Below, piece by piece: positions 57,742 through 64,000 of a DNA stretch of 64,000 nucleotides (positions are counted from its first letter, which is position 1; each line of letters opens with the position of its first letter). The notes beneath the pieces were generated by a model. It was not told the DNA's origin and searched no databases. It saw only the letters and a list, made by a program, of their open reading frames with translations. Made by a program: the position numbers and the translations under genes. Source of the DNA: Thermoproteota archaeon (lineage in GTDB: Archaea; Korarchaeota; Korarchaeia; Korarchaeales; Korarchaeaceae); contig JAOZFN010000007.1 in NCBI GenBank assembly GCA_027492205.1, positions 187,278 through 251,277 of the forward strand. Reading direction: 5' to 3'.

Positions 57742-58518
57742 TCACACCCTTCTGAGAACTGCGATCACTCTTCCCCTCTCCGGTGGCGAGTTCACCTCGT
57801 CCTCGGGATCAAAGGACAGGTACCACGCGACCGGTTCCAGCCCAAACCTCCCTGGCAACTCTGACAGATCGGCTGGGGACATCCTCCGAGACGGCGACTC
57901 GTCGAGGAGTTCGAACGACTTCCCTCGCTCTCTGACGACCAGCCTAAGCCTGTCCAGCACGCGCCCTCTTGGGAGCAGGTTCACGACCTCCCACTCTGCC
58001 CTCACAGTGATCCCGTCTCTCTCCTCTTCCCACTCCTCCCGGTCTCCGGGCGACGGGTTCAGGGCCGCGTCTATCACGTAGACTCCCCCTGCTCTCAGCG
58101 CCTTGGAAACGCAAGAGTAGTGCAACTCTAGCTTCTCGTCTGTGAGCAATGCGGATACCGTGTTGATGGCCGAGTATGCCGCGTCGAATCCTGATATGTG
58201 GAAGTCGGTCATATCTGCTCTGAGAACCACAACTGGTACCCCAAGGCGCCGGGCCTTCCTCGCGCAGAATTTCGCCATCTCGGGGCTTATATCGAGTCCA
58301 ACGCAGTAGAAACCCCTCTTGGCCAGCTCGATTAATATCCTCCCAGTGCCGCATCCCAGCTCCAACACTCTCCGCACGCTTCCTGCGTGTCTCTTGAATA
58401 CCTCACAGTAAAAGTCGGCTTCTCGAGTCGGATCACACCCGAAGGCTATGTCATAGTAGAGCGGGTGACTGTACACTCCACTCAAGCTCTGCGGTAGTTC
58501 TTTAGATACTCGCGCCAC
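57742..58518 (-). CDS. Class I SAM-dependent methyltransferase (copy 1)
   Basis: VLELGCGTGR, GLDISPEM, ADMTDF, L..GGVYV.D; paralog of 62483..63235. Confidence 0.9.
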   Translation of the reverse strand: MARVSKELPQSLSGVYSHPLYYDIAFGCDPTREADFYCEVFKRHAGSVRRVLELGCGTGRILIELAKRGFYCVGLDISPEMAKFCARKARRLGVPVVVLRADMTDFHISGFDAAYSAINTVSALLTDEKLELHYSCVSKALRAGGVYVIDAALNPSPGDREEWEEERDGITVRAEWEVVNLLPRGRVLDRLRLVVRERGKSFELLDESPSRRMSPADLSELPGRFGLEPVAWYLSFDPEDEVNSPPERGRVIAVLRRV

Positions 58519-59005
58519 CCCCGTGGTACCTCGAACGTCGATCTGACCAAAGTCTAAAGAGAACTAGGAGAAGAGCTGACATAGCCAAGGATACGACTGG
58601 CCTCTCTAGGGAGGAATGTGGGAGACCCGGCTGAACCTCAACTTCTAGGGAGTACGCCTCGTCGCGATCAGAGGAACTTTTCAGGGCAATGACGTAGCCT
58701 CCTCTCCTTTCAGGGGAAAAACTCAAGATAGTCGGGCCAGCCACAGAGCATGATTTAAGTTCATTACCATTTAAATCGAGGACTGCGAGTGTTCCCGTCA
58801 GCGTGGACTCTGCAAATAGTCTGATTCGCACCTGCCTCTCGACGGGGAGGTATATCAGCGAGTACTCCACGCCGTTAGGCCACACCCTAAAGCTTCCCCG
58901 CTCCATCGGGTAAAAAGGCTGAATTGACGACGCCAAGAGCGCTATAAGCCACGCCGCAGACGCTACCGCCCAAATCGTGATAGCTCTACGCGCGAGAGGC
59001 TCCAC
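58502..59005 (-). CDS. Hypothetical membrane protein (N- and C-terminal TM, beta-rich loop)
   Basis: Hydrophobic termini; tightly coupled to the flanking genes. Confidence 0.7.
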   Translation of the reverse strand: MEPLARRAITIWAVASAAWLIALLASSIQPFYPMERGSFRVWPNGVEYSLIYLPVERQVRIRLFAESTLTGTLAVLDLNGNELKSCSVAGPTILSFSPERRGGYVIALKSSSDRDEAYSLEVEVQPGLPHSSLERPVVSLAMSALLLVLFRLWSDRRSRYHGGGASI

Positions 59006-59006
59006 A

Positions 59007-59819
59007 CTAGGTCACCTCGAGCACTCTGGAGAAGTAGCTGTAGGCTGCAACAATCATAGGGCTCGCTAGGGCCATAGAGAGCGCTAAGGACCGATAGGTC
59101 ATCTGCTCAAATAGGAGAGCTGCTGGAGAATCTGGCTTGACTGTCATAGCCGCGGCAGCTAACGCGGCTCCGGATCCCAGCAGGGAGGTGGTAGGATTTG
59201 ATGCGGCTAACAGGAGAGAGATAGTCCGAATCGCGTGATCTAGGAGCATTGTTGAGACTATTGTCACGATGGAGTTCCTTGAGACCACAGCCACTAGGGT
59301 CGCTATGGCCGTGGGAACTGCTAAGGAGGCCAAAAACCCGGCGACGAGCAGGGGAAAGTTCCTCAGGATAAAGGCGGTGGAGGAAGGCGCGTAAGATGGG
59401 CAGGACGCCAGCAGCGAGAAGAGCACTGAGATCAAGTGAGCCAGCACCAAAAGTGCTGACATGGCTAAGAACTTCACCCCAAATAGACATCCCCTGCTCA
59501 AGGGCAGGGAGAGCGAGTATCTGAGGTACCCTCCCTCACACTCTCGGGCGAAGACTATGGCGGCAGCGGATGAAACTAGCGTTGCATTGAGGATTCCCCA
59601 GGTCAGCGATCCGTAGAGGGCGGCACACGCGCAAGCCCGGACTAGCGATGACTCGAAGATCTCCCTCAGGAAGACCTGTGAAGATAGTCCAATGCGTATC
59701 CCTCCTGTCATGGCATGCCAACAAGATGCAAGAGTTAGTATCGCGACGTAAGCCTCAAGTATCGGAAACCTGAGGAGACCTCTCAATTCCCACATCAGCT
59801 GACTGAGAGAGCCCTTCAT
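59007..59819 (-). CDS. ABC-2 type transporter permease
   Basis: About 6 TM helices; RECEGGYLRYSLSLPLSR....VKF motif. Confidence 0.85.
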   Translation of the reverse strand: MKGSLSQLMWELRGLLRFPILEAYVAILTLASCWHAMTGGIRIGLSSQVFLREIFESSLVRACACAALYGSLTWGILNATLVSSAAAIVFARECEGGYLRYSLSLPLSRGCLFGVKFLAMSALLVLAHLISVLFSLLASCPSYAPSSTAFILRNFPLLVAGFLASLAVPTAIATLVAVVSRNSIVTIVSTMLLDHAIRTISLLLAASNPTTSLLGSGAALAAAAMTVKPDSPAALLFEQMTYRSLALSMALASPMIVAAYSYFSRVLEVT

Positions 59820-60733
59820 GATTTATCCCCCTTCACTACTACTTCAAAAAGCTCATCCAGCGACAATTCTCTCAGCTCAACCCCCGCTGGGACTTCTCCT
59901 CTCTCGGCCCGTGCGCATAGCCAAGACAGAAGTTCCACAATCTCGCTTGAGATCACTCCGTACCTCCCGGGCCTCGAGACTGCAAGCCTAGCTGAGAAAC
60001 CAACTTCAAGCTCCTGGCGGGCAGATTCGCTTACCAAAAGCACCCACCTGCCCAAGCTCTCCTTCAACTCGTCGAACCTACCGCTGAGTATTAGTCGCCC
60101 CTCTCTAAGGAAGAGGATTTCTGTAATAATGGGCTCTAACCCGCTCAGTGCGTGAGTCGATATTATGAAGTTAACCCCCGAACTCCTGTGAAGCCTGGAA
60201 ATCAGTCTCAAGACACGTGAGCGACCAATTGGATCGAGATTAGAGGTTGGTTCATCCATCAAAACAAGTTCGGGGTCTCCGATGAGCGCGAGAGCTATCT
60301 CGAGCCTCTGCTTCATTCCGGCCGAGTACTCTCCCGTCTTCCTACCTATGTATTCTGAGCATCCGGTCAGTTCAGCGACCCTCTTGACCTCTCCTACTAC
60401 GTCAGAGACTCCCTTCATCTTGGCGGCCCTCTCCAACAGCGACCTTCCAGTAGCCCAAAGCGGGAAGGAAGGATTCTCGTGAACGATTCCAACTCTCCGC
60501 ATTAGCGAGACCCTCTCTCCTTCGTGCGTGGGATCTAACCCCAGTACCCTGACCTCTCCACGATTCGGCCTCAATAGGCCAGCCAGGATTCTGAGGAGCG
60601 TCGTCTTGCCTGCGCCGTTCGGCCCAATTAGGCTGTGAATCCCGCGATCGAGCGCAAAACTCACGGACTTCAAGGCCCTTGTGCGGCCGAAGGACTTCGT
60701 CAGGTTGCTTGCAACTACTAACCTGTCAGCCAA
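59816..60733 (-). CDS. ABC transporter ATP-binding protein (exporter type)
   Basis: GPNGAGKTT, YSAGMKQR, LMDEPTSNLDP, ISTH. Confidence 0.95.
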   Translation of the reverse strand: MADRLVVASNLTKSFGRTRALKSVSFALDRGIHSLIGPNGAGKTTLLRILAGLLRPNRGEVRVLGLDPTHEGERVSLMRRVGIVHENPSFPLWATGRSLLERAAKMKGVSDVVGEVKRVAELTGCSEYIGRKTGEYSAGMKQRLEIALALIGDPELVLMDEPTSNLDPIGRSRVLRLISRLHRSSGVNFIISTHALSGLEPIITEILFLREGRLILSGRFDELKESLGRWVLLVSESARQELEVGFSARLAVSRPGRYGVISSEIVELLSWLCARAERGEVPAGVELRELSLDELFEVVVKGDKS

Positions 60734-61751
60734 TCCTCATCGACCGCCCAGCCGCTAAGAGAAGGCATATAGCCGCGATCACCGCGATGGCAGCCAAGGC
60801 GGCCTGGCGGAGTAGCCAGGGGTCAAGGTAAGTGCTCGTTCTCTCCACCTGTGGTTGGGATACAACCTCGATCGCTCTTATCCCGAAAGTCCTTTGCTGC
60901 CCCTCTCCTCCTAGGTTAACGCACAGCAGGAGCACCACGCCAGCTTTCTGAGTTAGGAAGTCGTCCGCATAAGCGGCTGGCGCGCCCAAGAAGGCTCCTG
61001 TCTCCTCATCATACACGGCGTCTAGGGAGGATATGTATGCCCCAGCTACTGGATGCTCGAAGCCTATCTCCGCTGTGGCTTGAATAACTCGCGACGCTGC
61101 GAGGCCAAGCACATCGATGGGCTCGGGAAGAGTCTCCCTGCTCACGTTCCACTCCAAGGTCTCATTTCCAAGCCACCTCACTATGGCGACCTCACGAATT
61201 GAACCGCTAAATGGAACTCTGGCCGGATTTATCCAAAGGAGAAACCTTCCCCACGGCTCTCCCGTAGAATCGACTAGCATATTGGTTGCAGGGTCCAGCA
61301 GCACCTCCTCTTCATGAAAGATCGAGAAGTTTCCCTCCATCCTCACGGTATTTCCGCGTGCCGAGAGGTATTTGAGGGAGCTAATCTTTACCCTCTTGAC
61401 AAAAGAGAGATCCCCGCTCCTGGCCCTCTCGCTGAACTCCCTTCCCTTGTACTCCATTCTAGTTGCATTGACGCTCAGCCAGACCCTCAGCCTCGCAAAC
61501 CGACCCTCGTATCCGAGCAGCTCCCAGCCGTAAGTGCCAAGGACAGATCCACCGAAGGCCGTGCTGACAACGCCCCCGTCATCCAACACTAGCTGGCAGA
61601 ACGACCCTGCTCCCCCAAATGCTACCTTGATCTCCTGTATCGGGAGGGGCTCTTGAGCGAGCGCGTGTGAGGCTGCGAACCCACTTATGATCACCGCTAA
61701 GAGAAAAGGAAGAGGTGGGGTAAAGGGTCTCTTCTTGTTCTCAAGATCCAT
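60726..61751 (-). CDS. Hypothetical secreted protein with C-terminal membrane anchor
   Basis: Signal peptide ending HALA|Q; C-terminal AALAAIAVIAAICLLLAAGR. Confidence 0.75.
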   Translation of the reverse strand: MDLENKKRPFTPPLPFLLAVIISGFAASHALAQEPLPIQEIKVAFGGAGSFCQLVLDDGGVVSTAFGGSVLGTYGWELLGYEGRFARLRVWLSVNATRMEYKGREFSERARSGDLSFVKRVKISSLKYLSARGNTVRMEGNFSIFHEEEVLLDPATNMLVDSTGEPWGRFLLWINPARVPFSGSIREVAIVRWLGNETLEWNVSRETLPEPIDVLGLAASRVIQATAEIGFEHPVAGAYISSLDAVYDEETGAFLGAPAAYADDFLTQKAGVVLLLCVNLGGEGQQRTFGIRAIEVVSQPQVERTSTYLDPWLLRQAALAAIAVIAAICLLLAAGRSMRIG

Positions 61752-61767
61752 GTCCAGCCCCCGCGCG

Positions 61768-62154
61768 TCAAGGAGAACCTATTTCTGCGTACGCGCACGC
61801 ATCGTTATACCTCACGCTTCCATCAGGCAAGACTGCGTTCGTGCATATTAGCGTGAATCCCCCGTATGGAGAATCCCCTGTCTGATAGATTCCTCTTTGA
61901 GCTGTCACCCAGCTAACTACACTACCATAATCATAGTCGTGGAACCAATTCGAGTAAGTGTTCGTGCGTGGATTGTAGCTAGCCGACACATAGGCCCACG
62001 CCCAAGTGAAGTATCCGACATCGGTGTTCTCGTCCGACACGGGTATAGATAGTGGCTGAAACGACGAGGGTACCGCTAATAGCAGCGATACCGAAGTTAT
62101 GAGAACGGACAGGATGATGCATTTACAGACTTTGCGGATACTCTTTCGCCGCAT
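61768..62154 (-). CDS. Small secreted Trp/Tyr-rich protein (candidate archaeocin or signal precursor)
   Basis: Basic n-region plus hydrophobic h-region; mature part rich in W/Y with two Cys; TTATATA box about 30 nt upstream. Confidence 0.7.
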   Translation of the reverse strand: MRRKSIRKVCKCIILSVLITSVSLLLAVPSSFQPLSIPVSDENTDVGYFTWAWAYVSASYNPRTNTYSNWFHDYDYGSVVSWVTAQRGIYQTGDSPYGGFTLICTNAVLPDGSVRYNDACAYAEIGSP

Positions 62155-62482
62155 CTCGGAGTCTTAGGCAGAGTTTGTAGTATATAAGGCTTTTTTCGAG
62201 AATTTTCTAGTCTTTATATAGTCTGATTAAATTTCAAATAGCCCAAGATGCTCCGGCCCCGTTCCGATTATTTTGTTCTTACGCACCCAATCCAGGTTCA
62301 CTCTCTTTTTATGTCCAGTAGCCAAGACGCGCGCGAGTGTTCTGACCCCTGGGAACTCGTCGAAGCCCTCCTGGGGCCTTCAGAATCCAGCCCGCCTGGC
62401 GATTGAACTCCGACACCGCGGAGGGAGAGTTTACCTTGGGGTGGGCCCAACTCGAACTATGACGTCCGCCTAAGGGAACCAC

Positions 62483-63235
62483 CTACACCTTCTTGAGAAC
62501 GGCGATCACCCTCCCCCTCGCCGGTGGAGCGCCCACCTCAGCCTCGGGATCAAAAGACAGGTACCACGCAACCGGCTCTAGTCCGAACCTCCTTGGCAAC
62601 TCTGACAGGTCTCCCAAGGATAGCCTGCGGGACGGCGACTCGTCCACGAGCTCGAACACCCTCTCACGCTCGTTCACGACGAGCTTCAGCCTGTCCAGCA
62701 CCTGCCTCTCGGTGACGACGTCTAAGACCTCCCACACGGCCCTCACCGACAGTCCGTCCCTCTCCTCCTCCCACTCCTCCCGGTCCCCGGGCGAGGGATT
62801 CAGCGACGCGTCAACCACGTACACCCCTCCCCTCCTCAGGGCTCTCGAGACGGAGAGATAGTGGGACATCAGCGCTTCGTCGGTGAGCAGAGCGGAGATC
62901 GTGTTGACGGCCGAGAAGGCGGCATCGATTCCGGTGAGGCTGAACTCGGTCATGTCAGCCCTCACCACGTCAGCCGGCGCCCCCGACTGGCGGATCCTCC
63001 CCGCGGCGAATCTCGCCATCTCGGGGTTGATGTCGAGGCCCACGGAGTAGGGACCCCTCCTAGCGACTTCGGTCAAGAGGCGTCCGGTGCCGCACCCAAG
63101 CTCCAGCACCGTCCTAACGCCCCCCGCGTGTCTCTCAAAGACCTCCAGATAAAACTCGACCTCTAGCGTCGGATCCCAGCCAAAGGCGACGTCGTAGTAG
63201 AGGGGGTGACTGTACACCTCGCTGTGACCGCGCAC
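62483..63235 (-). CDS. Class I SAM-dependent methyltransferase (copy 2)
   Basis: VLELGCGTGR, GLDINPEM, ADMTEF; paralog of 57742..58518. Confidence 0.9.
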   Translation of the reverse strand: MRGHSEVYSHPLYYDVAFGWDPTLEVEFYLEVFERHAGGVRTVLELGCGTGRLLTEVARRGPYSVGLDINPEMARFAAGRIRQSGAPADVVRADMTEFSLTGIDAAFSAVNTISALLTDEALMSHYLSVSRALRRGGVYVVDASLNPSPGDREEWEEERDGLSVRAVWEVLDVVTERQVLDRLKLVVNERERVFELVDESPSRRLSLGDLSELPRRFGLEPVAWYLSFDPEAEVGAPPARGRVIAVLKKV

Positions 63236-63306
63236 TGGACTCCCGGGGGGTGGGGGCCCTCTCTCCTTTTTATGATCGGCTCGCTCGGGGCGTCGAGGGC
63301 GGTCTC

Positions 63307-64000
63307 TTGGCCGACAGGTGGAAGGTGCTCATCGCGGCCTTCCTCAGGGACCTGAGCTGGAGCATGACCTTCCTCTACGTGGCGTTTGAGACCTACGAGA
63401 GGGGCTCGGTCCTGGAGTACGCGCTCATCAGGGGGGTCCCCGCCCTCGCCTACTTCCTCGGGACGAGGATATATGGGTCGCTGAGCGATCAGATGGGAGC
63501 CAGGAAGCCGCTTATGCTCGCGGCCGCGGCGCTGAACCCCCTCTTCCCCCTAGCGATCGCGCTGACCGGACCGTCCGCCTGGCTGCCGATAGTGGTGGCC
63601 TGGTACTTCTTCCTCTCGGAGGAGCCCGTGATCATAGCGTTCCTAGCCGACAGGAGCCCGGGAGGCGCGGCCGCCGGCGACTACTTCATGGCCATGGAGG
63701 TGGGCTTCACGGTTGGCGTGCTGATCGGGGGATTCATGACAGAGTACTTAGGCCTTAAGACGACCCTCCTGAGCGCTTCAGCCCTGTCGAGCCTCGCCGT
63801 CATGGCGCTAGCCGCAGTTCGAGAGGGGGTAAAGCCTAGGAGGCCCGACTTTGTAGGCGCGGTCAAGTCGGCGCTGGGGATGAGGTGGCCTGGAGACACG
63901 GGAAGGATCGTGCCCTCTCTCCTACTCGCAAGCTCCGCCATCTCCACGTTCTACGTCGCCTTCTCCCTCAAGGTGTTCGAGGCCTCCGGCAGGTCGAACG
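63307..64000 (+). CDS. MFS transporter, N-terminal part; runs off the window end
   Basis: Not in the ORF track; TTG 63307 MADRWKVLIAAFLRDLSWSM...; MFS motif A GSLSDQMGARKP; successive TM helices. Confidence 0.85.
   Translation, partial: MADRWKVLIAAFLRDLSWSMTFLYVAFETYERGSVLEYALIRGVPALAYFLGTRIYGSLSDQMGARKPLMLAAAALNPLFPLAIALTGPSAWLPIVVAWYFFLSEEPVIIAFLADRSPGGAAAGDYFMAMEVGFTVGVLIGGFMTEYLGLKTTLLSASALSSLAVMALAAVREGVKPRRPDFVGAVKSALGMRWPGDTGRIVPSLLLASSAISTFYVAFSLKVFEASGRSN

Noticed and set aside
62270-62475. Possible degraded gene between the cassette promoter and methyltransferase copy 2
   Set aside because: No start/stop structure or motif I can assign
1-64000. CRISPR array, rRNA, IS/transposase
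   Set aside because: No regularly spaced repeats, rRNA signatures or transposase/integrase motifs found by eye

Overview
High-GC archaeal chromosomal segment. It most likely belongs to the TACK group, probably a Korarchaeota/Thermoproteota-like thermophile; this is inferred from PolB1, GatDE, the intron-bearing cbf5 and the archaeal r-protein set. Positions 1-46.5 kb and 48.5-56.4 kb are mostly housekeeping. They carry pelota, dnaG, GGPP synthase, trpS, a split S10/spc ribosomal cluster with secY, polB1, and a long iorAB-mevalonate-gatDE run. They also carry cbf5, tRNA-Ser/tRNA-Val, truA, cca, eno, a TET peptidase and pheST. Four things go beyond the ORF track. (1) cbf5 is interrupted at its catalytic Asp codon by a 21-nt intron with a bulge-helix-bulge fold. 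(2) Structured non-coding elements sit upstream of dnaG (H/ACA-like), rpl30 and pheS (multi-branched, with a GAA loop). (3) Two lower-GC accessory islands share one architecture: a small secreted aromatic-rich protein followed by a membrane-anchored ectodomain protein. The one at 46.5-48.5 kb is decayed. The one at 57.7-62.2 kb is intact, adds an ABC exporter, and is bracketed by duplicated methyltransferase genes; it is the best candidate for an undescribed system (archaeocin-like or secreted-signal cassette). (4) A VapBC-type TA pair is bracketed by a ~35-bp duplication of the 5' end of the neighbouring AEC transporter gene. No CRISPR array, rRNA, transposase or integrase was seen. All calls come from manual motif reading, with no database searches.
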